Positions 1 through 8,526 of a stretch of 24,245 bases of DNA are shown here, one piece after another (the first letter of the stretch is position 1; each line of letters begins with the position of its first letter). Source of the DNA: Candidatus Binataceae bacterium (GTDB lineage Bacteria; Desulfobacterota; Binatia; Binatales; Binataceae); NCBI GenBank assembly GCA_050736495.1, contig JBOHWJ010000535.1, positions 1-24,245 on the forward strand, written 5' to 3'. The translations under genes were made by a program, and so were the position numbers. The notes beneath the pieces are model-generated. The model made no database searches. It was given only the letters and a program-made list of their open reading frames with translations, and was not told the DNA's origin.

Positions 1-990
1 CACCTCGTTGGCGGCGTTGAGACAGGCCGGCATGGTGCCACCCGCCTCGAGCGCGTCGTAACCGAGCCGCAGGCATGGGAAACGCGCGAAGTCCGGCTCC
101 TCGAAGCTCAGATTGGCGCATCGCACCAGCGATATCGGCTTCAGATGGCCGAGTGGCAGGCGGTCGGGATAGGCGAGGGCGAAGGCTACCGGTATCGCCA
201 TGTCGGCAATCGCCATCTCGGCGATGATCGAGCCGTCGACCAACTCGACCATCGAATGAACCACGCTCTGCGGATGAATCACGACATTGATCTGAGCGGC
301 TGCCAGATCGAACAGCCAGTGCGCCTCGATCACTTCGAGTCCCTTGTTCATCAGCGTGGCCGAATCGACGGTGATTTTATTGCCCATCCGCCAGGTCGGA
401 TGATTGAGCGCGTCCTTGACTGTAATCGAATCGAAACGATCGGCCGGCCATTGCCGGAACGGTCCACCCGAGGCGGTCAGGATGATGCGCTTGAGCGTAG
501 CGGGTGGGCGGCCTTCAAGGCATTGGAAGATGGCATTGTGCTCACTGTCGACCGGCAGCAGGTGGACGCCGTTGTCACGCACCGCGCGCGTCACCATCTC
601 GCCGGCGAGAACCAGCACCTCCTTGTTGGCGAAGGCGATGTCCTTGCCCGCCTGGATCGCGGCGAGTGTCGGTCTGAGACCGAGCGCGCCGACCAGCGCG
701 GACATCACGAGTTCGGCCTTGTGATGAGTGGCGGCCGCGATGGCGCCTTCCGCACCGTGAAGAATCGTGAGCTTGCGCGGGTGGATACGCTCGGCCAATT
801 CGATCGCAAGCTCGGCGGTCGCAACGGAAACCAGTTCGGGCTCGAACTGGCAAATCTGTTCGGCAAGCAGAGCAATGTTGCGGCCTGCCGCCATCGCAAC
901 GACGCGATAACGGTCGCGGAAACGTCCCACCACATCGAGCGTGGTGACGCCCACGGAGCCGGTGGAACCCAGAATCGAGATCGACTTCAT
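1..990 (-). CDS. dxr: 1-deoxy-D-xylulose 5-phosphate reductoisomerase (3' end truncated by the window edge)
   Basis: Not in the ORF track because there is no stop in the window. Manual translation from ATG at 990 gives MKSISILGSTGSVGVTTLDVV (NADPH-binding GSTGS motif) and, near position 1, LSFEEPDFARFPCLRLGYDALEAGGTMPACLNAANEV (Dxr C-terminal signature). A GGAGG Shine-Dalgarno lies upstream. Confidence 0.97.
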   Translation of the reverse strand, partial: MKSISILGSTGSVGVTTLDVVGRFRDRYRVVAMAAGRNIALLAEQICQFEPELVSVATAELAIELAERIHPRKLTILHGAEGAIAAATHHKAELVMSALVGALGLRPTLAAIQAGKDIAFANKEVLVLAGEMVTRAVRDNGVHLLPVDSEHNAIFQCLEGRPPATLKRIILTASGGPFRQWPADRFDSITVKDALNHPTWRMGNKITVDSATLMNKGLEVIEAHWLFDLAAAQINVVIHPQSVVHSMVELVDGSIIAEMAIADMAIPVAFALAYPDRLPLGHLKPISLVRCANLSFEEPDFARFPCLRLGYDALEAGGTMPACLNAANEV

Positions 991-1009
991 GGCGCGTCCT
1001 CCAGCGCGG

Positions 1010-2977
1010 TCACCGCATGGCTATATCAGCTAAGCGGCGGCGGAAACGTCCGAGCGCCATCAACGGAAAGTAGTGTGCGTAAAAGTGGTAGCGCAGGTAA
1101 AAATGATTCGGAAACCCGGTGCCGGTGAATTCAGTTTCATCCCAGTCGCCAGCGTCGTTCTGCCGTTCCATCAGCCAGGCTGCTCCGCGCATCGCGGCGT
1201 CACTCAAGGCGTCCTCGCCAGCGAGCAGTCCGATCAAAGCCCACGCGGTTTGCGACGGGGTGCTGGTGCCGTGTCCGCGATAAGCCGGGTCCTTGTCGCT
1301 GAGACAGCTTTCACCCCATCCGCCATCGGGATTCTGCACCGACTTGAGCCAGGCCACAGCCCGCTTGATCCACGGCCGCTCGAGGTCAATGCCGATCGCG
1401 CGCAGGCCCGAGAGCGCCGAGAAAGTGCCATAGATATAGTTGACGCCCCAACGGCCCCACCAGGCGCCGTCGCCGTCCTGCTCGCGCTTGAGCCAGTCGA
1501 TGGCACGGCGGGCGACCGGGTGTTCGGGACGATAACAGCACGCCGCCATCATTTCGAGCACACGGCCGGTCAGATCGGGACACGCCGGATCGGTCGAAGC
1601 TTCGACGTCGGCGAAGGGCGCATGGTTGAGCCATTCCGAGTCGTTGTCAACATCGAAGGCGGCGAAACCGCCGCCCTTCGATTGCATTCCCATCACCCAG
1701 TTCGCGCCCACGCGCACCGCGCGTTCGTGCGCGTCCGCGTTCTCGGTCGCCGCCTCGGCTAGCACCATCAGGATCACGGCCGAGTCATCGACGTCGGGGT
1801 ACCAGTCATTGTAAAACTCAAACGACCAGCCGCCGGGCTCGAGGTGCGGCCGTTTTATCGACCAATCACCTTGCTTGAGGATTTGGTGATCGACCAGCCA
1901 CTTCGCCGCATCGCGAATCGCCGGATGGTCGCCGCTCAGACCCGAATCGAGCAACGCCTTGGCGGCCAGCGCGGTGTCCCAGTTGGGCGAGACGCAGGGC
2001 TGAAACAGAATCGAATCGCCCATGTCCCAGGTCAGCTCGCGCACCGCCTCGAGTGCTTTTTTTATGGCCGGATGGTCATTGCGGTAGCCGAGTCCCTTGA
2101 GCGCCATCGGACTCAGCAGGTAGCACGGTTCGATTCCGCCCCACGAGCCGTTGGCGTCCTGATGTTCGATCACCCAGTGCTCGGCGTAACGGATTGCGCG
2201 GGCGCGCAAGCGCTTGAGATGGTGATGGTCGTAGGAGCGCAGCAGCTTGTCGGTGATCAGAAGTCCGTTGCGCAGCGAGATCAGGCGCTTGCCGCGCGGG
2301 AGTTTGAACTTGGTGAAGTGGGGCGGCTGGATATAAAGCTCGAGCACGCCCTGGCGCCAGTCGATCGGCACTTTCGGTTTCGCCGCCTGCAGCAGCATCA
2401 GCGCGAACAGCGTGCCGCGCGCCCACGAGGACAGTTCGTACATGTTGACCGGAAACCAGTTCGGCAACAGGGTGATTTCAACCGGCAGCGCGGCCGTCGC
2501 GCCCCACGGCAACTGGTTCATCGCGGCCAGGTAAAAGCGCGCGAGCGTGCCCGTGTGCGCGATCCCGCCGCGGGAAAGAATCCAGCGCCGCGCCTGCATC
2601 ATAGGCTCGTCGCCGGCCCTCAGGCCGACCAGTTTCAGGGCGAAATAGGCTTCGATGGAGGTCGACAAATGACCTTCGCCGCCCGGGAACAACGTCCAGC
2701 TTCCGTCCGGCTCCTGGATATCGAGCAGCAGGCGTTTGAGCTTGGCGTCGAGTTCGGGTTCGGGCTCAAGCTCCATGAAGCGGTTGAAGATGATGTATTC
2801 GGCATTCATCTCCGCATTCGCTTCGAGCGCTTTCTGCCAATAGCCTTCGGGACGCTGCATGGCGAGCAGCGAGCTTTGCGCGCGAGTGATCGTGAAATCG
2901 ACCTTCGCGGCGAATTCGTCACGCGGCGGCGCGCTCACGGCCGCCTGTCCATTTGTCATTTGAAAAGCCTGTTCCAT
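1010..2977 (-). CDS. shc: Squalene-hopene cyclase (HpnF)
   Basis: 655 aa with the catalytic DXDD motif (YPDVDDSA), multiple QW repeats (QEPDGSW, QDANGSWGG, QNPDGGWGE), WWGRWGVNY and the FTGTGFP C-terminal motif. Confidence 0.97.
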   Translation of the reverse strand: MEQAFQMTNGQAAVSAPPRDEFAAKVDFTITRAQSSLLAMQRPEGYWQKALEANAEMNAEYIIFNRFMELEPEPELDAKLKRLLLDIQEPDGSWTLFPGGEGHLSTSIEAYFALKLVGLRAGDEPMMQARRWILSRGGIAHTGTLARFYLAAMNQLPWGATAALPVEITLLPNWFPVNMYELSSWARGTLFALMLLQAAKPKVPIDWRQGVLELYIQPPHFTKFKLPRGKRLISLRNGLLITDKLLRSYDHHHLKRLRARAIRYAEHWVIEHQDANGSWGGIEPCYLLSPMALKGLGYRNDHPAIKKALEAVRELTWDMGDSILFQPCVSPNWDTALAAKALLDSGLSGDHPAIRDAAKWLVDHQILKQGDWSIKRPHLEPGGWSFEFYNDWYPDVDDSAVILMVLAEAATENADAHERAVRVGANWVMGMQSKGGGFAAFDVDNDSEWLNHAPFADVEASTDPACPDLTGRVLEMMAACCYRPEHPVARRAIDWLKREQDGDGAWWGRWGVNYIYGTFSALSGLRAIGIDLERPWIKRAVAWLKSVQNPDGGWGESCLSDKDPAYRGHGTSTPSQTAWALIGLLAGEDALSDAAMRGAAWLMERQNDAGDWDETEFTGTGFPNHFYLRYHFYAHYFPLMALGRFRRRLADIAMR

Positions 2978-3041
2978 AGAAACCTAAGTTCACTCCACCG
3001 TCACGACAGCCACGGCTGGATGTACGCCGGAAATTTCCATC

Positions 3042-4223
3042 TCAGGGAGTCACCGCGCATTTGAGCACCGCGCCGCACTCCATCAGTGCGAAGACTTCGG
3101 CGAGTTCGCTGAGCCTGCGATGTGCGTTGATAATCGGTCCCGCGCCGAGTTCGCCGCCGCATAACAACTCGAAGGCGCGCCGCACGTCGCGCGGGCGGAA
3201 ATGGAAGGGCGCCAACAGAGTCAGGTTGTCGTAATGCATCCGGCGCGTATCGGCGCTGAGTGCCGTATTGACCGGACATCCACCGAAAAACACGACGCGC
3301 CCGCCGCGCCGCACACGCGCAAACGCCGCCTGCCAGCCGGCGACCTGACCGGTGCATTCGATTACCAGATCGGGACCATAACCGCCGTTGAGCGAGGCGA
3401 CCGTTTCCTCGGCGTCGCGCTGATTCACGTCGATCACGCGGTCGGCGCCAAGCTCGCCCGCCCATCGAAGCCGCGCCTCACCGCGTCCGGCGATGACGGT
3501 TTCACGCACTCCCGCAGCCTTGAGCGCGAACATGTGCAGCAATCCGAACGCGCCCGCACCGACGATGAGTACGGTTTCGAATTGCTCGGGCCGCGCCATC
3601 GCCTGCGCATGTACAACGCATGCGAGCGGTTCCAGCAGGGCCGCTTCCTCGAACGGCAACTCCGCCGGTTTTCTGAACGCATTTTGGGCGACGACGTGGG
3701 GCGGGATTAAGAGGTAGTCGGCGTATCCCCCCATCACCATCTTCTCCATCGCCTGCGGGCAGAGATTCTCCTGTCCGCGCGCGCAGTGGAAACAGTGGCC
3801 GCAGGGCGCGGTCGGCGCCGCCATCAGCGCATCGCCGACGTGAAATTCAGTAACGCCGTCGCCAACTTCGCGCACCACGCCGGAAAATTCATGGCCCAAC
3901 GGCGTCGGCATCGGCCACATCGGATGGCCGCGGCGATAAGCCTTCAAGTCGGTGCCGCAACTGAGCGCGCATTTCACTTCGAGCAAAAGCGCGCCAGGCC
4001 CTGGATGAGGCGGATCAAAATCGCGCAGTTCGAGCCGTCCCGGCTCGACCAGCATTGCCTGACGTGCGCGCTGATGTGCGGAGCCACAGGCTTGTGCGAG
4101 GCCGGTTCGTGAATGTGTGTCAGGTGTACCCGCAGGCGTATCCCGCGCGCCGGCCCACGCGTTGGCGGCCGTATCGCTTGCCGCACCGGTATGATCCGCC
4201 GCGTTGTTGGGGTTGGCGCTCAC
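3042..4223 (-). CDS. Zinc-dependent alcohol/polyol dehydrogenase (MDR superfamily, L-iditol/threonine dehydrogenase-like)
   Basis: Catalytic Zn ligands in SCGTD and LGHEFSG, structural Zn motif CGHCFHC...C, LLEPLAC, and Rossmann GAGAFG. The GTG start overlaps the ispA stop (GTGA). The first ~50 aa are low-complexity, so the exact start is uncertain. Confidence 0.9.
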   Translation of the reverse strand: MSANPNNAADHTGAASDTAANAWAGARDTPAGTPDTHSRTGLAQACGSAHQRARQAMLVEPGRLELRDFDPPHPGPGALLLEVKCALSCGTDLKAYRRGHPMWPMPTPLGHEFSGVVREVGDGVTEFHVGDALMAAPTAPCGHCFHCARGQENLCPQAMEKMVMGGYADYLLIPPHVVAQNAFRKPAELPFEEAALLEPLACVVHAQAMARPEQFETVLIVGAGAFGLLHMFALKAAGVRETVIAGRGEARLRWAGELGADRVIDVNQRDAEETVASLNGGYGPDLVIECTGQVAGWQAAFARVRRGGRVVFFGGCPVNTALSADTRRMHYDNLTLLAPFHFRPRDVRRAFELLCGGELGAGPIINAHRRLSELAEVFALMECGAVLKCAVTP

Positions 4224-5224
4224 AGGTGGCGCTCCACGGCGAAGGTTGCGAGCATTCTGAGCGGTTCGGCGCGCTGATCGAAACTCGCCAGCGCCTGCCG
4301 TGCGCGGCGCTCCAGTTCATGTGCGAGATCGCGCGAGCGTGCGACCCCAATAAGCGAAGGGTAGGTCGCTTTGCCACGCGCTTCATCCTTATGTGTGCGT
4401 TTGCCCATGTCGGCGGTCGATGCTTCGACGTCGAGCAAATCGTCGACAACCTGAAAGGCGAGGCCGAGCGCGGCCGCATACTCACGCAATGCCGCCAGTT
4501 GCGTTTCGGTGGCGCCGCCCAGCCGCGCACCGCAGCATACTGCGGCGATGAACAGCGCTCCGGTCTTTTTGCTGTGGAGATATTCGAGTTCGCGCAATTC
4601 CAGCCGACGGCCTTCGCCGAGCATATCGATCACCTGGCCGCCAACCATTCCGTCCGAGCCCGCGGCGCCAGCCAATTCCGCGATCGCTTCGAGTAACGCC
4701 GCCGGTGCGGCCTTGAGCGCGGGTGACGACGCCGAACGTGCAAGCACTCTGAAGGCGTCGGTCAGCAAACCGTCGCCAGCCAGGGTCGCGATCGCTTCGC
4801 CGAAAACCGTGTGATTGGTCGGACGGCCGCGGCGCAAATCGTCGTCATCCATGCAAGGCAGATCGTCATGCACCAGCGAGTAGGTGTGGATCATTTCGAT
4901 CGCGCATGCCAGGCCCATCGCAGCCTCGGGCGGACCGCCCACCGCTTCGCACGCCGCCAGAGCGAGTATCGGGCGCAGACGTTTGCCGTTGGCCAGCAGG
5001 CTATAGCGCATCGCCTCGAACAGGCGGGCCGCCGGGCCTTCGGCTTGCGCCACGTTTTGCTCCAGCGCGCGCTCGACCATTTGCGCGCGCTGATCGAGAT
5101 AGCGGTTAAAATCGAGCCCATCGGCGCGCCGCCGCTTGACGGAGCCGGTGTCGGCCATGGCGGGCGCGCAAGCAACGGTATCCCGGCCAGGCTCGTTTCC
5201 TTCCAAGGGCTTGGCGTCTCGCAT
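4220..5224 (-). CDS. ispA: Polyprenyl (farnesyl/geranylgeranyl) diphosphate synthase
   Basis: GKRLRP, first aspartate-rich motif HDDLPCMDDDDLRRG, GGQ, KKTGAL, second motif FQVVDDLLD, and GKATYP. The start may be somewhat downstream. Confidence 0.95.
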   Translation of the reverse strand: MRDAKPLEGNEPGRDTVACAPAMADTGSVKRRRADGLDFNRYLDQRAQMVERALEQNVAQAEGPAARLFEAMRYSLLANGKRLRPILALAACEAVGGPPEAAMGLACAIEMIHTYSLVHDDLPCMDDDDLRRGRPTNHTVFGEAIATLAGDGLLTDAFRVLARSASSPALKAAPAALLEAIAELAGAAGSDGMVGGQVIDMLGEGRRLELRELEYLHSKKTGALFIAAVCCGARLGGATETQLAALREYAAALGLAFQVVDDLLDVEASTADMGKRTHKDEARGKATYPSLIGVARSRDLAHELERRARQALASFDQRAEPLRMLATFAVERHL

Positions 5225-5436
5225 CGCTTATCGCTTTTCCTCGTGTGTTCGGTCGAGTCTCGGGGCTCGTCCGGCACTCCAGCCCATCACCGCGCGACTT
5301 GCCACAAAAACGCATCTTAGCGCGCTTCCCAGGAAATGGCCGGTCACTGGCTTGCGCGCCTTTGGCGGCACTCCGCGAGTACCGGCGTAGCAATCCCGGT
5401 CCTTCGCGATATGCCGGTCCCGGAAACGTCCACAAG

Positions 5437-5472
5437 ACCGCCGGACGCCGAGTCAAGGCGCCCTCCGGCGGT
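5437..5472 (-). terminator. GC-rich stem-loop just downstream of hpnH (possible terminator or mRNA-stabilising hairpin)
   Basis: ACCGCCGGA (5437-5445) pairs with TCCGGCGGT (5464-5472), with inner CGCC/GGCG pairing. The U-tract is weak. Confidence 0.4.
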
Positions 5473-5484
5473 ACCGATGGATCT

Positions 5485-6483
5485 TCAAGACATGTAGTGG
5501 CGTACCATCCGCCACGAGTCTTTCAGGTTTTTGCCAAAATCCAACGCGACAGTTCCTTCAAAGCCGGAATGCAGTTTGCAGTCGCGGCAACGGATGTCTT
5601 GCTTGGTGCGGTAGAACTCCCAGTCAGTGGCTTCGTGTAACTGCCGGAAGGTTTTGTAATGCCCGTTGGTAATCAAGTAGCAGGGACCTTTCCATCCCTG
5701 CGGATTGCGCGTCACCGTGGTCCATGGACTGCACAAAAGATCACGGTCGCCGGCCAGGTAATCGAGGTAGATTGGCGTATTGATAATCTTGTAGTCTTCG
5801 GCCAGCTTGCGTACGCGCTTGAACTTGTAGGGCATCTCCTCCTTGCTGAGATAAATGTCGTTGGTCAGCACCTGGTAATGATAACCGGGCGTGAGCAGCA
5901 TCCCGTCGACGCCGAGACCGCCGAGAAAATGGATCAGCTCGTCGATCTCTTCGGCGCTGGTTTCCTTGAACACGGTCGAGTTGGTCTGAACCCGATAGCG
6001 CTTCTCCTTGAGCATCTTGATCATGCGCACGCAGGTGTCGAAGACGCCGTGGCGGTCGACCACGCGGTCATGGGTCTCGCGCATGCCATCGATATGGATG
6101 TTGAAGCTCAGGTAGGCGCTCGGCGCGACCTGCTTGACGAAACGCTCGAGCAGGATCGCGTTAGTGCAAATCTGGACGTGGCGTTTCTGCGCGATGAGGC
6201 CCTGGGTCAGCGGTACGATATGCTTGTACATCAGCGGTTCGCCGCCGCAGACCGAGACGATAGGGGCACCCGCTTCCTGCGCCGACGCGAGCGCTTCTTC
6301 GAGCGGGATCTGGTCGCGAATCGTGTCCTTGTATTCGACGATACGGCCGCATCCGATACACGCGAGGTTGCACGCATGGAGCGGCTCCAGCATCAGCACG
6401 AGAGGAAAATATTTCTCGCCGGAGCGCTTCCTCTCACGCATGTAACGGCCGAGGTCAATCATCAGTCTTAGCGGCATTCGCAT
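5485..6483 (-). CDS. hpnH: Adenosyl-hopene transferase, radical SAM
   Basis: FPLVLMLEPLHACNLACIGCG (CxxxCxxC), GGEPL, WKGPCYL and a C-terminal CRDCKLHSGFE typical of HpnH; clustered with shc. Confidence 0.93.
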   Translation of the reverse strand: MRMPLRLMIDLGRYMRERKRSGEKYFPLVLMLEPLHACNLACIGCGRIVEYKDTIRDQIPLEEALASAQEAGAPIVSVCGGEPLMYKHIVPLTQGLIAQKRHVQICTNAILLERFVKQVAPSAYLSFNIHIDGMRETHDRVVDRHGVFDTCVRMIKMLKEKRYRVQTNSTVFKETSAEEIDELIHFLGGLGVDGMLLTPGYHYQVLTNDIYLSKEEMPYKFKRVRKLAEDYKIINTPIYLDYLAGDRDLLCSPWTTVTRNPQGWKGPCYLITNGHYKTFRQLHEATDWEFYRTKQDIRCRDCKLHSGFEGTVALDFGKNLKDSWRMVRHYMS

Positions 6484-6501
6484 GCTATCGATCCTTGTCG
6501 G

Positions 6502-7164
6502 CTAGGGAAGTTGTGGAGACGGTGTTTCGCGCAGCGGTTCGCTGGATCGAATGTCGTTGAACAGCCACTGGCTCAGCATCGCCATGACGCCTTCGACGTC
6601 GAGGCCCTGGTTACCCAGGAACAGGCATTCGATCAGCAGCCCGTTCAGGGTCGAGAGCAAATAACTCGCGACCATCTGCGGCGAAAACTGCAGCGAGGAC
6701 AGCCCCTTTTCCTGCACCTTGGCGACCATGTCGACCAGCAACGTGCGGTAACCGTCGTAAAGCTTCAAGACCTGGCCGGTCAGACTGTCGGATCGCTGCT
6801 CGTCGTGTAGTAACTGCGCCACGAAGAAGCGGATAGAACTGGCATTGTCACGCACGAAGAGCAAATACGACTCGACTAACTTGAGAATCTGCTGCTTCTC
6901 ATCGAGTGCCCCTGTCTCTTCGGCAAAATCAATGAAGTAAGGTTGCAACAGGCGGTTCAACACCGCCAGGAAAAGTTCCTCCTTGGTCTTGAAGTGCCAA
7001 AAGATGAGTGCCTTGCTGACCCGAGCCTCGCGGGCGACTTCAGACATCGAGGTCTCATGAAAACCGCGGTCGGCGAACAATCGAGCCGCCGCTTTCAGAA
7101 TCTCGTCGCGTGAGTCCTGGGCTCGTGATTCTGACGAATTTGCGGGGGGATCCGCCGCGTTCAT
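6502..7164 (-). CDS. TetR/AcrR family transcriptional regulator
   Basis: N-terminal HTH ILKAAARLFADRGFHETSMSEVAREARVSKALIFWHFKTKEEL; ends 18 nt before the hpnH start. Confidence 0.95.
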   Translation of the reverse strand: MNAADPPANSSESRAQDSRDEILKAAARLFADRGFHETSMSEVAREARVSKALIFWHFKTKEELFLAVLNRLLQPYFIDFAEETGALDEKQQILKLVESYLLFVRDNASSIRFFVAQLLHDEQRSDSLTGQVLKLYDGYRTLLVDMVAKVQEKGLSSLQFSPQMVASYLLSTLNGLLIECLFLGNQGLDVEGVMAMLSQWLFNDIRSSEPLRETPSPQLP

Positions 7165-7310
7165 CGCGTTTTACGGCTGCGGTTACGGATGCGCCGCCGC
7201 GTCCTCCAACTGATTCGGCCGCCTTCCCGGCTGAGGCGCGCCTTGACTGTCAGACGGTGTATCGCTCAGGCCCGCCGATACGCGCCTGCCGACGGCTCTC
7301 AATGGGCACC

Positions 7311-7359
7311 CTAACCTAGCGGTCAATCAAGACTTTAACCTGCCCGGCTGGAAAGTCAA
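7311..7359 (-). promoter_or_regulatory. Putative sigma70 promoter of tetR-hpnH with an adjacent imperfect palindrome (candidate TetR operator)
   Basis: The minus strand reads TTGACT (7359-7354), 16 nt, TAAAGT (7337-7332). It is followed by TTGACCGCTAGGTTAG (7326-7311), an imperfect ACC-N4-GGT palindrome at the expected transcription start. Confidence 0.5.
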
Positions 7360-7551
7360 TAGGGACCTCCCGCGACACGGCCGTGCCTTAACGGCCATAC
7401 GGCCGGCAAGACCCGGGACTGATACGGAGACGGGGAGCAGTTGATCGTGCGGCTATATAGAATGGCGTCGCGTATGTTCAGATCACGACGGCGGCATTTG
7501 GATGGATGTGTGCGTGAAGCGTGGACCGGCTAAACCGCGCGGGGGAATGAC

Positions 7552-8193
7552 GTGGAGCACGAGCAAGAAGTGGAACCAGCAACGGATGCACCACCGCTTA
7601 ATCGCGACGAAGGTCATAGCGGCGGCGAGGAACTGACGCGCGGCGAGCGTTCGTTGCTGCGGCGGGTCTCCCGGGCGCTCAAGTTCGCCGATTTCATGGC
7701 GGTCCTGATGGTGTTCGCGACCGCCTTCAGCGCATTTGCCACTTGGCGCACCGCAACTGTCACTAACCTGCTGTTCAGCGTTTCCGAACGGCCGTATGTT
7801 GGCATCGAACGAGTTCGCTTCGATTCGATCACCAACAAGAATGCGCGGCTGATGGTCGATCTGCGCAACTTCGGCAAGATTTCGGCGACTGACGGCGTAG
7901 TCGTGACCCGGTTGTTGGTGGACGGTCATCCGATGCAAAGCGGGCTGGCGAACACGGTCAACGTCGGGATGGTATCGCCGAACGTTCCCCAACTGTTTTT
8001 CCGCTTTGTGCCGGGCAACGTTTATCACGCTATCAGCATCGGTAGTGCGCGTTTCGTCGTGCACGTCATCGTCGCATACCGCGGTCCGGATCATCGTGAA
8101 TTTTGCTACAACGAACTGATGACCTACGATGCGCGGGCGCGGGCCTTCGCTTCGAGCGGCGGCAGTGATCGTTGCGGCGCCGCGGTTTACTGA
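7552..8193 (+). CDS. Hypothetical single-pass membrane protein
   Basis: 213 aa; GTG start with a purine-rich SD-like sequence upstream; one hydrophobic helix (FMAVLMVFATAFSAFATW) followed by a beta-rich domain (ERPYVGI...LRNFG) with a C-terminal Cys pair. Confidence 0.75.
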   Translation: MEHEQEVEPATDAPPLNRDEGHSGGEELTRGERSLLRRVSRALKFADFMAVLMVFATAFSAFATWRTATVTNLLFSVSERPYVGIERVRFDSITNKNARLMVDLRNFGKISATDGVVVTRLLVDGHPMQSGLANTVNVGMVSPNVPQLFFRFVPGNVYHAISIGSARFVVHVIVAYRGPDHREFCYNELMTYDARARAFASSGGSDRCGAAVY

Positions 8194-8325
8194 TGGCGTG
8201 ACTTTACGCGCTTCAGCCTTGGCCCAAGTTCATCCCACGCCGCGCGCGCAACTCCATTGCCAGTTGCGGCCTCACCGTTGCCAACCGCGCGATCATCTGG
8301 CAATTTCACCCTTAAGCGGTTGCCG

Positions 8326-8526
8326 ATGCGATGTCCTATCTGCAAGAAGCCGGTTGACGCCGCCGCGTCCAACCGATTCAGACCCTTCTGCTCGGAGCGC
8401 TGCCGCACGATGGACCTGGGCGCATGGGCGGTAGAGGGCTATCGCGTGCACGGCGCCGAGGTCGAGGACCACGAGCATCCGAGCGACCATCCGGATCACG
8501 GTGGCAAAAAGAAGATCGTCCATTGA
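8326..8526 (+). CDS. yacG: DNA gyrase inhibitor YacG (zinc finger)
   Basis: MRCPICKKPV...RPFCSERCRTMDLGAWAVEGYRV matches the YacG signature. The ATG at 8326 was chosen within ORF 8257-8526. Confidence 0.92.
   Translation: MRCPICKKPVDAAASNRFRPFCSERCRTMDLGAWAVEGYRVHGAEVEDHEHPSDHPDHGGKKKIVH

Noticed and set aside
145..1128. 327-aa plus-strand ORF
   Set aside because: It is an antisense shadow of dxr, which is clearly recognisable on the minus strand. Long antisense frames are expected at this GC content.
1073..3064. 229-aa and 406-aa plus-strand ORFs
   Set aside because: They are antisense to shc and carry no recognisable motifs.
5659..6471. 270-aa plus-strand ORF
   Set aside because: Antisense shadow of hpnH.
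7483..8094. 203-aa minus-strand ORF competing with 7552-8193 (+)
   Set aside because: The plus-strand ORF has an SD-like sequence, a TM helix and protein-like composition. The minus-strand ORF looks like a shadow frame.
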